This document shows, piece by piece, positions 1 to 12,804 of a stretch of 64,000 nucleotides of DNA; position 1 is the stretch's first letter, and each line of letters starts with the position of its first letter. The notes below the pieces were generated by a model that saw nothing but the letters and a program-made list of their open reading frames with translations, did not search any database and had not been told where the DNA came from. This DNA is from Octopus vulgaris (taxonomy: Eukaryota). A program made the translations under genes and the position numbers. The stretch covers positions 82,398,001 through 82,462,000 of the forward strand of contig OX597824.1 in assembly GCA_951406725.2 (NCBI GenBank), written 5' to 3'.

Positions 1-345
1 TCATTCGAGCTTTGGTGTTGAAGAAGACTTTTACGGATTCCATGGACAGCGGGGCTCACTAATGGAGAAGTTTTTAACCGGATCAAGCCGAAACTGTCGC
101 TAGAAGCTAGGATCACCAAGCATAGATTGACATATTTTGCGGAGGGGACATCATGCTCGGAATGGTCAGTGGCAAGAGAGGAAGAGGCCGACCAAGAACC
201 CGCTTGTTTGACACCATCAAGAGTGACACGGGAATGGCCATAACCAATCTGAAAGAAGCGACCCAGGATTGAACTGGCTGGAGGACACTGATCCATCCAG
301 TAACCGAGAGTCGAATTCGACCGAGCATATAGATAGATAGATAGA
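1..345 (+). mobile_element. RTE (BovB-like) LINE 3' end, decayed, with (ATAG)n tail
   Basis: Translates as FELWC*RRLLRIPWTA..TN.EV..IKPKLSLEARI..YF, then DIMLGMVSGKRGRGRPRTR..GWRTLIHPVTESRIR. This resembles the C-terminus of RTE-BovB ORFs; stops and a frameshift are present. Confidence 0.85.
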
Positions 346-416
346 ATATCAATAATGATTAAAAGCGTCTAAACTCCATAGTAATTTACTAATGAGCAAC
401 GTGGTATATAAATATG

Positions 417-800
417 GGAGGCGCAATGGCCCAGTAGTTAGGGCAGCGGACTCGCGGTCATAGGATCGCGGTTTCGATTCCCAGACCGGGCGTTGTGAGT
501 GTTTATTGAGCGAAAACACCTAAAAAGCTCCACGAGGCTCCGGCAGGGATGGTGGTGATCCCTGCTGTACTCTTTCACCACAACTTTCTTTCACTCTTAC
601 TTCCTGTTTCTGTTGTACCTGTATTTCAAGTGGCCGGCCTTGTCACTCTCTGTGTCACGCTGAATATCCCCGAGAACTACGTTAAGGGTACACGTGTCTG
701 TGGAGTGCTCAGCCACTTACACGTTAATTTCACGAGCAGGCTGTTCCGTTGATTCGGATCAACCGGAACCCTCATCGTCGTAACCGACGGAGTGCTTCCA
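417..800 (+). mobile_element. tRNA-derived SINE family A
   Basis: Head GGAGGCGCAATGGCCCAGT with A box and B box (GTTTCGATTCC); TSD ATATAAATATG on both sides; near-identical copies at 2570, 24021 and 48815. Confidence 0.9.
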
Positions 801-1179
801 CATATAAATATGATTGCAAACGTGAAAGTTATAAACTATATGATTCTTACTGATATATTGCCATACCTATAAGTCATTCAACCACCGACTCACTATGTGG
901 TTACAACAAAGGATTATTGAGATATATCAGAAAGCGCAGCATGAGAAATGTCTGGGAATATGTTAGAGAACAACACGTATATACAACACAGAATTCACTG
1001 AAACATAGATGACTAATGATAGAATAACTAATTATATAACAGAAATAAGAGCACTCAGAGAGCGCAAACCTCCGCCGAGGCAACACCAACGTCCTCTCAA
1101 CGATTATCAACCAGTGATAGATTTTTTTTAAAAATAAGAATATCTGAAATAAATACGACTGCTCTCAGAAAAAGTATTC

Positions 1180-1574
1180 TTTCTTTTCTTTACTTGTTTC
1201 GGTCATTTGACTGCGGCCATGCTGGAGCACCGCCTTTAGTCGAGCAAATCGACCCCAGGACTTATTCTTTGTAAGCCCAGTACTTATTCTATCGGTCTCG
1301 TTTGCCGAACCGCTAAGTTATGGGGACGTAAACACACCACCATCGGTTGTCAACCAATGATGGAGGGACAAACACAGACACAAACATATACACACACACA
1401 CACATATACATACATATATACGACGGGCTTCTTTCAGTTTCCATCTACCAGATCCACTCACAAGGCTTTGGTCGGCCCGAGGCTATAGTAGAAGACACTT
1501 GCCCAGGGTGGGGATCAACTCAGAACCATGTGGTTGGTAAGCAAGCTACTCACCACACAGCCACTCCTGCGCCT
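1180..1574 (-). mobile_element. tRNA-derived SINE family B
   Basis: Reverse strand reads AGGCGCAGGAGTGGCTGTGTGG head, internal (TA/TG)n, and a tail GGTGCTCCAGCATGGCCGCAGTCAAATGAC..AAACAAGTAAAAG. Confidence 0.9.
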
Positions 1575-1725
1575 AAGTAAAAAAAGAAAAGAAAAATAGG
1601 AAAAATAATCCAGAATCCTTGTCCGGGGCCAAATTGATTCCCAAGTCTAACCAGGTCGTGCCAGTCACGAGGCCAAACATTCCTGAAAGTTTCATCCGAA
1701 TCCATCCAACGATTCTTGTGATATC

Positions 1726-1957
1726 TCTCTTTTACTCTTTTACTCTTTTACTTGTTTCAGTCATTTGACTGCGGCCAGGCTGGAGCACCGCCTTTAGTCG
1801 AGCAAATCGACCCCGGGACTTATTCTTTTTTTTGTAAGCCCAGTACTTATTCTATCGGTCTCTTTTGCCGAACCGCTAAGTAACGGGGACATAAACACAC
1901 CAGCATCGGTTGTCAAGCAATGTTGGGGAGACGAACACAGACACACAAACACACACA

Positions 1958-2026
<69 letters not shown>

Positions 2027-2189
2027 GACGGGCTTCTTTCAGTTTCCGTCTACCAAATCCACTCACAAGGCTTTGGTCGGCCCGAGGCTATAGTAGAAGA
2101 CACTTGCCCAAGGTGCCACGCAGTGGGACTGAACACGGAACCATGTGGTTGGTAAACAAGCTACTTACCACACAGCCACTCCTGCGCCT
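1726..2189 (-). mobile_element. SINE family B
   Basis: Full-length copy with (AAAGAGT)n tail and internal (TA)n. Confidence 0.9.
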
Positions 2190-2569
2190 ATGCCACTCCT
2201 AAAAAATTTACCCTGCCTTCGCTAAGGTGGATGTAATAATAATCTGGTTGATATCGTATAAATTTAACGGTCAAAGTTTAAATTCCGTTGCTAATCACTT
2301 TGGCTCTACCTACTCGAGAGGTGCAACTCACACGCCAACATCGGGTAATCCTAAAAATGAGGTTCTATGGGTCTTGGAACGTTGGTGATGGATATAAGAA
2401 CTTCAATCTTCCAAACAATCTGGAAGGTATTCTTGTGATATGGAAAAACTCATGTTATGCAGGAATGGCGGTGCCCCAGCATGGCCACAGCTCGTGAGCT
2501 GAAACTAGATAAAAAAAAACAAAAAAAAACGTTGCCATGTTTTTTCAAACATGCTTAATAAATAAAAGT

Positions 2570-2952
2570 GGAGGCGCAATGGCCCAGTGGTTAGGGCAGC
2601 GGACTCGCGGTCGTAGGATCGCGGTTTCGATTCCCAGACCGGGCGTTGTGAGTGTTTATTGAGCGAAAACACCTAACGCTCCACGAGGCTCCGGCAGGGG
2701 ATGGTGGTGATCCCTGCTGTACTCTCTCACCACAACTTTCTCTCACTCTTTCTTCCTGTTTCTGTTGTACCTGTATTTCAAAGGGCCGGCCTTGTCACTC
2801 TCTGTGTCATGCTGAATATCCCCGAGAACTACGTTAAGGGTACACGTGTCTGTGGAGTGCTCAGCCACTTACACGTTAATTTCACGAGCAGGCTGTTCCG
2901 TTGATTCGGATCAACCTGAACCCTCATCGTCGTAACCGACGGAGTGCTTCCA
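2570..2952 (+). mobile_element. SINE family A
   Basis: Full copy; TSD AATAAATAAAAG. Confidence 0.9.
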
Positions 2953-3049
2953 CAATAAATAAAAGCTTTTTTCCTACATTCAGAAATATGTGCGTTGATG
3001 CCTTTGTGTATAAAATATGCATTTGACTCTGCTGTTCATATTGAGTTAC

Positions 3050-3158
3050 TCATCTCTCTCTCTCTCCCTCTCTTCTCTCTCTCTTTCACACATACACACA
3101 CAAACACACAGACATGCACACATGCACACACATATATATGTGTATGCATATACATATG

Positions 3159-3206
<48 letters not shown>

Positions 3207-3279
3207 CATATATATATGTATATATATATACATATATATATGTATATATATATACATATATATGTATACACACACACAC

Positions 3280-3326
<47 letters not shown>
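3050..3326. repeat. compound (CT)n/(CA)n/(TA)n microsatellite
   Basis: Directly visible; explains the IYIY ORFs. Confidence 0.95.
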
Positions 3327-3329
<3 letters not shown>

Positions 3330-3344
3330 CAAGTGAGGGCGCGT

Positions 3345-3632
3345 GGCTTAGTGGTTAGGGCATTCGGCTCATGATCGTAAGGTCGTGAATTCGATTCCCG
3401 ACGACGCGTTGTGTCCTTGAGCAGGACACTTTATTTCACGTTGTTCCAGTCCACTAAGATGGCAAAAATGAGTAGTACCTGTAATTCAAAGGGCAAGCCC
3501 TGTCACATTCTGTGTCACGCTGAATCTCCATGAGAACTACGTTAAGGGTACACGTGTTTGTGGAGTGCTCAGCCGTTTGCACGCTGATCGTATCAGCTGG
3601 GACCCTCGTCGTCGTAACCGACGGAGTGCTCT
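3345..3632 (+). mobile_element. tRNA-derived SINE family C (different head, 3' tail shared with family A)
   Basis: Head GAGGGCGCGTGGCTTAGTGG..TTCGATTCCC; tail GAGAACTACGTTAAGGGTACACGTG..CGTCGTAACCGACGGAGTGC shared with family A. Confidence 0.85.
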
Positions 3633-4559
3633 TATATATGATACAGTCATCTATATATTATACTTAATGTAAATACATCACGAAAAATTAAATTAACTGT
3701 GGTATTCTTCCGGAGATGGTATCTCTAATGAATGTACTGTGTTAAATAACACGAATAAATCAGTATCCATCAGTAACGATGAAGAGAATGTTTGATCAGC
3801 ATTTCTGCATGATTGAGCTTTGTCAGCAACACGTATCCACTAGCAGCCTCATGCGAAAGCAGAATCCGTCGCTATTGATAAAGGAGAACATTAACTGAAA
3901 AATCCCTGGCGTACCACTTAGCCGAGCAGCTAAGAGACAATCCGTTGTTCTTAAACACTCTGTTAGCCAGGTAAGACATTATAGATATAACCGCAAATCC
4001 ATTTTATTCCGCTTTTACTGTAAGCATCTAACATTGTATTCCACGTGCTGCAAATTCTTCCCTATGTTCTTGTTTTAGGCCCTTCCTCTTATCTTCGTAC
4101 TCTATAATACCCTCTACCAAAGCACTTACATGAATACCCGAGCGTGTAATTTTTCCACCCTACACCGTACTATAGAATTAGGGCGTTGCAACATGGCTCG
4201 GCTCCGCAAGCACATCCTCAGATGAACCCTTCTGCAGCTTCTTATCTTTAGTACAATGCAGAGGCCAGGGTCCTCGTCTTCCTTTATTTACACTCCTGCA
4301 TTATCTGCCCTACCCTTCTCTCTCTCTCTATCTATCTATCTGTATATCTCCTATCTCTTTCGCTTTTTCTTTCTCTCACTCTCTCTTGCTGTCTGTGTTG
4401 ATTCTTATCGCATTAATGCTGTTGCATTGCTGTATGAGAACAGCTGCCATGCCGCCGAGTATACTTCGTTAAGAATGGCTTGCATGCTGCCACTCTTTGA
4501 TGCAGTAAAGCCTGAGGGTTTTTTTTTCACTGCGCTCTCTGTGTATCAGTCTGACAGTC

Positions 4560-4742
4560 TGTATGTCTATCTGTTTTTCTCTGCCTGTCTCTCTCTCTAT
4601 CTCTCTCTCTCTCTTTGTCTCTCTCTCTCTCTCTTTGTCTCTCTCTCTCTTTGTCTCTCTCTCTCTCTTTCTCTCTCTCTCTTTCTGTATTTATCTATCT
4701 ATCTCTATCTTGCTCTGCTCTCTTCGCTCTTTCTCTTTCTCC

Positions 4743-4782
<40 letters not shown>

Positions 4783-4885
4783 CTATCTCTATCTCTTTCT
4801 GACTCCTTCGAGCTGTCTCACTTTTTCTCCCCCTCTCTCTCTCTCTTCCCCTCTTCCCTCTCTCTCTCGTTTTCTTTTCTTTCTA
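4560..4885. repeat. (CT)n/(CTAT)n pyrimidine microsatellite
   Basis: Directly visible. Confidence 0.9.
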
Positions 4886-5000
4886 GAAGATATCGGATTT
4901 CGTCAGACCAGATGGAAAATGGGATCTGCAAGGTTATACTCGCTCAAGACATGTCGCATGTCTTGACGGTAGCCCATGACTCCATCACGAACTGAAAGCA

Positions 5001-5225
5001 TAACCCTTCTGTTACTGTATTTATTCTGAGATGTTCTGTGTTTCTTTCAATTAAATATAACAGAGAATTTCGTAAAATAACTTAGTTAACATTAAGCTAG
5101 TGTTAGGAACATAAATTGTGACTAAGGTTTGGTGGAAGATTTTAATTCAAAACTTAAGAAAACAAGACATTTTTACTACAGAGCCAGAGCCGGTTTCAGC
5201 CGGGTTGTTATCAAAAAAGAGTTAA
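5001..5225. mobile_element. piggyBac-like MITE (degenerate)
   Basis: Ends (A)TAACCCTTCTGTTAC ... GTTATCAAAAAAGAGTTAA resemble CCCTT TIRs with a TTAA target site. Confidence 0.45.
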
Positions 5226-5439
5226 GGCAAGAGAAGAGACCCACACAGTAAAGAATATACTTTTTCTCAACAATTAATATCATTTTACGGAGATGTTCTT
5301 GCAAAGCAAGTGACCTGATCTGAGATCGTGTGCTGGAACGGAATTTTGTCAGAGAATAGGTGCTGGAACGGAATTTTGTCAGTGAACAGGTCGCGGTCTC
5401 AAAGCGACGAAAATATTTTGACAAATTAAATTTACTCCA

Positions 5440-5580
5440 ATGCTCAACTGGTGCTTATTTTCTTGATCCCGAAAGGATAAAAGTCAATGTCCAACTCAGC
5501 GGAAACTCAACTTACTATGTAAAGCCGGACGGAATACCGCTAAGCATTTTCCCCGGCGTGTTAACGATTCTGCTAGCCTT
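5440..5580 (-). mobile_element. SINE family D, old fragment (another at 6355-6480)
   Basis: CCCGAAAGGATAAAAGTCAA..ATACCGCTAAGCATTTTCCCCGGCGTGTTAACGATTCTGC matches the reverse of family D. Confidence 0.7.
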
Positions 5581-5796
5581 AAATCTCTATTAATGATACT
5601 AGTAATTAATAAACCCATGTCATGTTTTCCTCTCTTCATAATTATATCTATAATTATAACATTAGTAATTAACTTAATTTGGTTATCTTCTCACTACTAT
5701 TTTTCATTGGGTTTTCGTGCCTGTCATCACTTATGTCCACGAATGTTGGACAATGATCGGAAAAATACGATCGTGAATACAAGCGGCCGAAATTAA

Positions 5797-6090
5797 GGTT
5801 CCTCAGAAGGGTGAGTAGCTCTGAGACCAAGGAGTCTCTCTGGCCTAAGCTGACTGGTCACAGCTCCAGTATTACGGACATGTAATTAGAATGTCGCAGA
5901 AAATGATCACAAGACGGTTTATTTAATTCAAGCCAAACGGCAGGAAACCAAGAACAAGATGGCTGGATAATATCCATAGTCTCATGTTGTCATGCTTGAG
6001 AATCTAGCTGAAAAGTATAACGGTTGCTTCTCATCGGACCCCATGCAAGAATTGCCTGGGGAATCTATTCCTACGACCCTCCCAGTAATT
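5797..6090 (+). mobile_element. RTE-clade LINE 3' fragment (Expander/Rex3-like)
   Basis: Translates as QLQYYGHVIRM..KPNGRKPRTRWLDNI, a typical RTE C-terminal motif. Confidence 0.7.
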
Positions 6091-6179
6091 GTTGGCGGCG
6101 AAAATGATGGATCGAAGGATGGTTATTTTCCCATTGTAGCAGTATTTTTAATTACTATTTTTTTTTCACATTCGATTAA

Positions 6180-6215
6180 TATTGGGTTGGTGCATAAGTA
6201 TTGCGGCTTTTTTTA
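6180..6215 (+). mobile_element. mariner TIR fragment
   Basis: TATTGGGTTGGTGCATAAGTATTGCGGCTTTT resembles the Hsmar1/MADE1-type TIR. Confidence 0.55.
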
Positions 6216-6799
6216 AACAAGCTTTATTCCACAAAAACAATAACAATTGCTCGATGTAAAAAAATGTATAAGAAAATATGTTCCATGCTTAAACAAAAAT
6301 CTTCTTTAAAAAAGAACACCAACTTCCCCAGAACATACATTTATATAGGTGTTCAATAGGTACTTATTTTATTGATCCGAAAGAATGAAAGTCAAAGTCG
6401 ACCTCGGCGGAATTTGAACTCAGAACGTAAAGACAGGCAAAATACCACTAAATATTTTACCTAGATTGCCATCTCGCCGTCTAAGAAGATCCATCAATAT
6501 CAACGTATGATTATGCGTGCCTGGAGACCCTTCTTTTAAATAAGTAATTTTTATCGTTTAAGAAGGCATGGGTTAACTTCAATGGGGCAAAATTATGGCA
6601 GAGCTAAAAGACATTTTTATTTTTGTTCATCAAAATGGAGAGCTCTTTTAATAGCATTACTGTGACGCTGTACAAGGAAGTCGGGTCATAATTTCGAACA
6701 TTACGAATGGGTGCAGAGTTGAACGCTTCAGAAAACAAACAATTCAAAACTTAGAACCTACGACGAGAAAATAAAACCACTCTACTTCGATATCAGGTG

Positions 6800-7460
6800 A
6801 ATCCCAAAACTTGTGAGTAATACAAGAAACCAAACAACGATATTCCAGAATATTCCAAGGCACAAGATGAGAGTATTAACCGCCGATGCAGCTACCTTCA
6901 GCAGAGCAGCAGATTAGTACAGTAAGACAATATCAATACCAGAAAACTAACGTATTCATCGACACCATCTTGCAATCGCAGTAAAGCAATAGGAAAAGAA
7001 ATATTTTATGATATAACCCACCATGCAACTTTGATGGAAATCTCAGTGCTGTAAAACACTTCGTCAACCCTAATTGACAAGCATTTTCTGAATAACTATA
7101 TATTCCAAAATTTTGCCAAACAAGCAACATTAAAGTGAACTACGATTACTTAAAAAGTATTTAAAGTGGACAATGCTAAATTGCTGCAACTAAGCGGGGA
7201 AGAGGCCGGCTCACGGTTACAGGAAAGTAAAGCTCTTTCCTCTAAAGACAAAATGCGCAGAAAGAAGCATTATATACCATGCTAATGTTTTCTCCCACAG
7301 TACATGAAGTTGACAGGCTTTACAAAGCTGTATTTCAAGAAACGTCTGCGCCAGTATAACTAATTCTGTAATCACCAATTTAAACATAAAACTCTAGAAC
7401 ACTTTCAAGACAAATCTAGAAATCAAGAATCATGGAAGATTACAAGTATCAAATGATCAC
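6800..7460 (+). pseudogene. Penelope-like element remnant (linker and GIY-YIG region)
   Basis: NRKRNIL*YNPP..(frameshift)LIDKHF, and later FKKRL..LSRQI*, match the PLE motif RKRNIIWFNPP..LIDKHF and downstream GIY-YIG residues. Confidence 0.65.
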
Positions 7461-7579
7461 TGGTAGATAAAGCAAAGGTAGATAAAGAATGAGAATGGAG
7501 AAAAATTATTGTACATTATATATTTCGTTTTTGGATTTGGTTTGCAAGATTCTTTACATGAGTTCGTGTGTTGAAGCAT

Positions 7580-7925
7580 ATTCTGTTGTGTCTGGAGAGA
7601 GTCATTTTCTTTTTGTGCCTTATAATTTAACAAACGCACCGGTAAAATTTCCCCTTATTTCTTATTTTTATTTTCCAAAAATTTTCGTTGCGTCTTGCAA
7701 CCTTTTAGATAGTGTTGAAAATTTCCACTTATTTCTTACTTTTATTTTCTTAAAAATTTCGTTGCGCCTTGCAACCTTTCCAATAGTCAAGACTATTGAA
7801 AAAGTTTCAAGACACAACAAAAATTTTAGGCAAATAAAAATAAAAAATAAGTGGAAATTTTACCAGTGAGTGTGTAAAATAATAAGGCACAAAACGAAAA
7901 TGGCTCTCCCCAGACACAACAGAAT
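7580..7925. mobile_element. inverted-repeat module (probably PLE pseudo-LTR) with three degenerate U3-A8 hammerhead motifs
   Basis: ~80 bp outer arms 7580-7660 / 7845-7925. Inner consensus CTA-TTGAAAA-G-GTTGC AAGAC GCAAC-GAAAATTT-TAG occurs twice on - and once on +. Confidence 0.65.
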
Positions 7926-8164
7926 AAATTATGTATATATAATTAATATTCAAGGAAAGAATATGGAGAGAATTGGATGAATGAAAAATTTATTTCTATG
8001 TTTAAAATGTTGAAAAATGTATCTTAAAGACCTTAGCGTACAAATAATTGCTTATAAGTTGTAAACCTCAAACAGAACTTTTGTCACTTTCCGTCGTCAC
8101 GCTGCCGTCATGTTCCCAAAATTGCATGCCTTGAACTTAAATTATAAACTATTATTTATGCTGT

Positions 8165-8190
8165 TGTTGTTATTACTATTATTATTATTA

Positions 8191-8255
<65 letters not shown>

Positions 8256-8279
8256 GTACTATTATTATTATTATTATCA

Positions 8280-8374
<95 letters not shown>

Positions 8375-8375
8375 A
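8165..8375. repeat. (TTA)n/(TAG)n microsatellite
   Basis: Directly visible. Confidence 0.95.
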
Positions 8376-8618
8376 GACAGTGAGTTGGCAGAATCGCTAG
8401 TACTAACACCATTTTGTCTTTTCTTCGTTCTGGGCTCAAATACTGTCGCACTTGGACTTGCCTTTCGTTCTTTCGAGCTCGATACAAAAAAAAAGTACCA
8501 GTCAAATACTGGGGTCGATGTGATCCACTAGCCACTCCTCCCCCACCACCACCACCACAACTCCCTTCCAACAAATTTTCATGCCTTGTGCCTCAAGGCA
8601 GAAAGGATTATTTGTGAC

Positions 8619-8851
8619 GAGGTGGTAAGCTGGCAGAAACGTTAGCACGCCGGACGAAATACTTTGTGGTATTTCACCCGCCGCTGCGTTCTGAGTTCAA
8701 ATTCCGCCGAGGTCGCCTTTGCCTTTCATCCTTTCGGGGTCGATAAAATTAAATACCAGTTACGCACTGGGGTCGATGTAATCGACTTAATCCGTTTGTC
8801 TGTCCTTGTTTGTCCACTCTATGTTTAGCCCCTTGTGGGTAATAAAGAAAT
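8619..8851 (+). mobile_element. tRNA-derived SINE family D
   Basis: AGCTGGCAGAAACGTTAG head, B box GAGTTCAAATTCC, body GCCTTTCATCCTTTCGGGGTCGATAAA, 3' end AAAGAAATA; TSD AGGATTATTT(G/A)TGA. An older copy lies immediately upstream. Confidence 0.85.
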
Positions 8852-9194
8852 AAGGATTATTTATGATGATGATAACGACGACAACGATGACGGCGGAACC
8901 TTCAGCGACGACGATGGCTTCTACAGTTTTTCGTCATCCATATTCCGCTCACAGGAGATTGGTCATCTCGAGGTGTCCAAAATCTTGTGCATTGGCATCA
9001 GACGGGTATGCATGTCTGCGACATTCATAATCGATTCTTTTTTTGCTTTTCGGTTTTCTTTTTTCTATTTTTCCTTTTTGTTTTTTTCTTTTTTTCTTTT
9101 TTCTTTTCTTCTTCTCATTGCTACAAGGTCGAAGATGGAGCGACATTGCAAAACACAAAAAAACAACGTGACGGGAACGGGACGGGAGGAGCTG

Positions 9195-9272
9195 ACAATA
9201 ACAACAACGACAACAACAACAACAACAACAATAATAATATTATTAATAATACTAATAATAATAATAATAATG

Positions 9273-9363
<91 letters not shown>

Positions 9364-9375
9364 TAATAATAAATA

Positions 9376-9407
<32 letters not shown>

Positions 9408-9425
9408 AATAATAATAATAATAAT

Positions 9426-9460
<35 letters not shown>

Positions 9461-9925
9461 TATTAATAATAATAATAATAATAATAATAATTTCTTTTAT
9501 TGGCCACAGGGGCATAGATGAAGGGAAATAATAATAAATTATAATTTTTGTCAAAATCGGTTTCTAGTTTAAAAAAAGTTTGCTACTGTTGTTGTTTCTG
9601 TTGTTGTTGTTGTTGTCCGTATCTTTTTCTCTCCTACCCATTCCTCCTCCCACCTTACCTTTACATTCGCCCAGATTTACTTCATTTATATGTCTTTCTT
9701 TCGTTCTTTCTTTCTTCTTCTTCTTCTCCTTTTTCCTTTCCTTTTTGCTTCTTCTCCTTCGTCTTCTTCTTCTTCTTCTTCTTCTTCTTCTTCTTCTTCT
9801 TCTTCTTCTCCTTCTTCTCCTTCTTCTTCTTCTTCTTCTTCTCCTTTTTCCTTTCCTTTTTCGTCTTCTTCTTCTTCTTCTTCTTCTTCTTCTTCTTCTT
9901 CTTCTTCTTCTTCTTCTTCTTCTAT
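9195..9925. repeat. (AAT)n, (GAT)n and (CTT)n microsatellites
   Basis: Directly visible. Confidence 0.95.
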
Positions 9926-10199
9926 CGCGATAACGTTATTCTATTATATGAACCGTTCCCATCTTCTGCTTCCTCCTCATTCTCTTCCTTGAGACCCTAC
10001 CCACCCACCCCCAACCACCACAACCAACACCACCACCACCACCACCACCACTACTGCCAACCTTTCTATTACTGACTCGACGCTGACTAATTTCCGGTTG
10101 TTGTTTTAAAGGATTAACGAACGATAGAAGATTAGACTGAACAGCGGCAGAATGTGGTGAGTGGGAGGGAATGGAGGGGACAGGTGGGAGGGAGGGTTT

Positions 10200-11647
10200 T
10201 AGCGGTAATGGTGGCGATGGTGGTGATGGCGGTGGAGGCGGTGACGAGTGCGATAACGAGGATGTGGCGGTGATGGTAGCGATGGCAGTTGTGGTATGGT
10301 GATGTTGATGTTAGTAAAGATGGTGATGGTCGTAATGGTAATGGTAGTGGTGGTGGTGGTGGTCGTCGTGGTGGTTGATGTGGTGGTGGTGGTGGTGGTG
10401 GTGGTGGTGATGATGATCACGATGAAGTTGACTATGATGGTGATGGTGGTGGCGATGGTTGTGGTGATGGTGGTGGTGGTGGTGGTTGTGGTGGTGGTGG
10501 TGATGGTGGTGGTGGTGGTGGTGGTGGTGATGATCACGATGAAGTTGACTATGATGGTGATGGTGGTGGCGATGGTTGTGGTGATGGTGGTGGCGATGGT
10601 TGTAGTGATGGTGGTTATGATGGTGATGATGTTGAAGACGACGACGGTGACGACGACGGTGACGACGACAAGTGTGTTGATGATGTTAATGGTGATGCTG
10701 ATGATGTTAATGGTGCAGGCAGTGATGCTGGTGGTGTTGATGGTGGTGGTGGTGGTGTGGTGGTGAAGCTGGTAGTGATAGTGATGATGTTGGTGGTGAC
10801 GATGACGGTGGTGGTGGTGGTGATGCTGATGGTGCAGACGGTGATGCTGGTGGTGTTGAGGATGCTTATAGTGGTGGTGTGGTGATGGTGGTGGTGGTGG
10901 TGGCCCTGGCGGTGGTGGCGTCGGCTAACGGTTGTGGTTTCAGTAAATGGGTTTTGAGGTTCGAGGTGGTGGTGGTGGGTAGTGGTGGCGGTGGTGATAG
11001 TGGTACTAAATATCGGTGGAAATGGCGGTGGTGGTGATAGCATTATTGGTGGTGTCGATGGCATTGGTGGCGGTGTATGACGACGATGTTGATGGTAGTG
11101 ATGGCGGCGGTGGTGTTGGGTGTGGTGGCGGTGTTGGTAATAGTGCATGGTGCAATGACTGGTGATGTGTAGTGATAATAACGTTGATTGTTATAATAAA
11201 CGTGGCGGAGCGGCGCGGGGGGCTCTTGTGCGTAAATGCGGCGGTGTTGGTTTTAGGTAACAATAATAGCGATGTACTGTGTAATAGTGTGTGTTGTGGT
11301 GTTCATCGTGGTATGCCAAGATGGGAATGGTTTCTATTACAATAGATGGTGGAGGAGGAGGAGGTATTGGTGGTGGTGGTGGTGGTCGTCGTCGTCGTAG
11401 AGATGATGATGATCATGGCGGTTGTGGTTGTGATTGTGGTGGTGGTGGTGCTGGTGTTGGTGGTGCTGGTGTTATTGGTGTTAGTAGAGGGGGTGGTAGA
11501 TTTAGTGGGGCGTAATGGCGGAGCTAGTGGTGGTGATCGTCGTTGTGGTGGTGGTAGTGGCAGTGCTGGTTGAGTGCCTTACGATAATGGTGGTAGTGAT
11601 GGCGAAGGTATGGTGTTGTTTTGCTTTGGTAGTGGTATAGATGACAG

Positions 11648-11694
<47 letters not shown>

Positions 11695-11733
11695 ATGGTG
11701 ATGATGGTGATGATGGTGTTGATGAACATGATT

Positions 11734-11773
<40 letters not shown>

Positions 11774-12640
11774 CGATGATGATGATGATGGTGATGATGA
11801 TGGCGGTGTTGATGGTGGAGGAAACCCAAGAGGGAAGGTGTGTCGGTTTTGTAGCGGTGGTAGTGGTAATAGTGATGGTGGTGGACGTGATGCTGGTGGT
11901 AGTCGTAGTGGAAACAGATGTGACGATGGTGTTGGTGGTAGTGTTGATGGTGGTGGTGGTGGTGGTGGAGGTGGCGGGGGAGGTGTTGGTGTTGGCGATG
12001 GTGTTGCCAGTGAATATATAACGTCGTTGGGTAACGTAAGTGATAAGGTATGGTTGTGGTAGTCGTAATGGTGGATGCAACTTGGGGAGTGGCAGTGGTG
12101 GTGGTGGTGGTGGTGGTGGTAGTGGTAGTAGGTGGCGTTGGTGTGCACTTTTGTGAAGGTCGCAGAAACGGTAACCACGTGAGTTCTGTATATTCAGACG
12201 ATGGCGATATTCATGTTTCTGGTGGCAGGGGCGGCGGCGCGACGGCGATGGTGGTGGTGGTGGTGATGGTGGTGGTGGTGGTGGTGGTGGTGGTGGTGGT
12301 GGTGGTGAGTAGCGTATGAAATGGCTGTCGTCACCATCGCAGTGTCACTGATCGAGGTATGTAGAGGAGGATGGGTGAGTTGTGGGGGGGGTGATGGTGA
12401 CGGATATATTAATTCTGATGACAATGGTGTTCATTAATGGGAGTTGTTATTGTTGTTGTTGGTGGTGGTGTTGGTGGTGGTGGTGGTGGTGGTGGTGGTA
12501 GTGGTGGTAGTGGTGGTGGTGGTGGTGGTTGTGGTGGTGGTGGTGGTGGAAGTGGAAGTGGTGGTGGTGGTGGTGGTTGCGGTAGTGGTGGTGGTGGTGG
12601 AAGTGGTGGTGATGGTGGTGGTGGTGGTGGTGGTGGTACT
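10200..12640. repeat. degenerate (GGT)n/(GAT)n low-complexity block
   Basis: Produces poly-V/G/T/H ORFs in all frames with no coding signature. Confidence 0.9.
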
Positions 12641-12718
12641 GACGAGTGGTAGTGTGAGATGACAGTGATAACAAGGGTGAGAGAAGTGAGAGGAAAGAGC
12701 TACTTCTACACACACGCA

Positions 12719-12757
<39 letters not shown>

Positions 12758-12804
12758 GTAAGTGATTTCGAAGTTTCGGCCCGCTAAACCATCATCGGGT
12801 TACT

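Larger units (their letters stand above)
1044..2240 (+). mobile_element. Helentron-associated (HINE-like) non-autonomous element split by two SINE-B insertions
   Basis: 5' AAGAGCACTCAGAGAGCGCAAACCTCCGCCGAGG sub-terminal motif; middle piece 1600-1725 (AAGTTTCATCCGAATCCATCC); 3' hairpin CCTTCGCTAAGG-TGGATGTAAT. Confidence 0.5.

Noticed and set aside
417-490. tRNA genes at SINE heads
   Set aside because: A and B boxes are present, but there is no acceptor stem and they continue into SINE bodies with TSDs.
549-752. Recurring MVVIPAVLFHHNF ORF (4 copies)
   Set aside because: Internal to non-coding SINE-A; recurrence reflects copy identity, not protein conservation.
4256-4966. 236 aa ORF
   Set aside because: Mostly (CT)n-derived; no recognisable domain in the unique parts.
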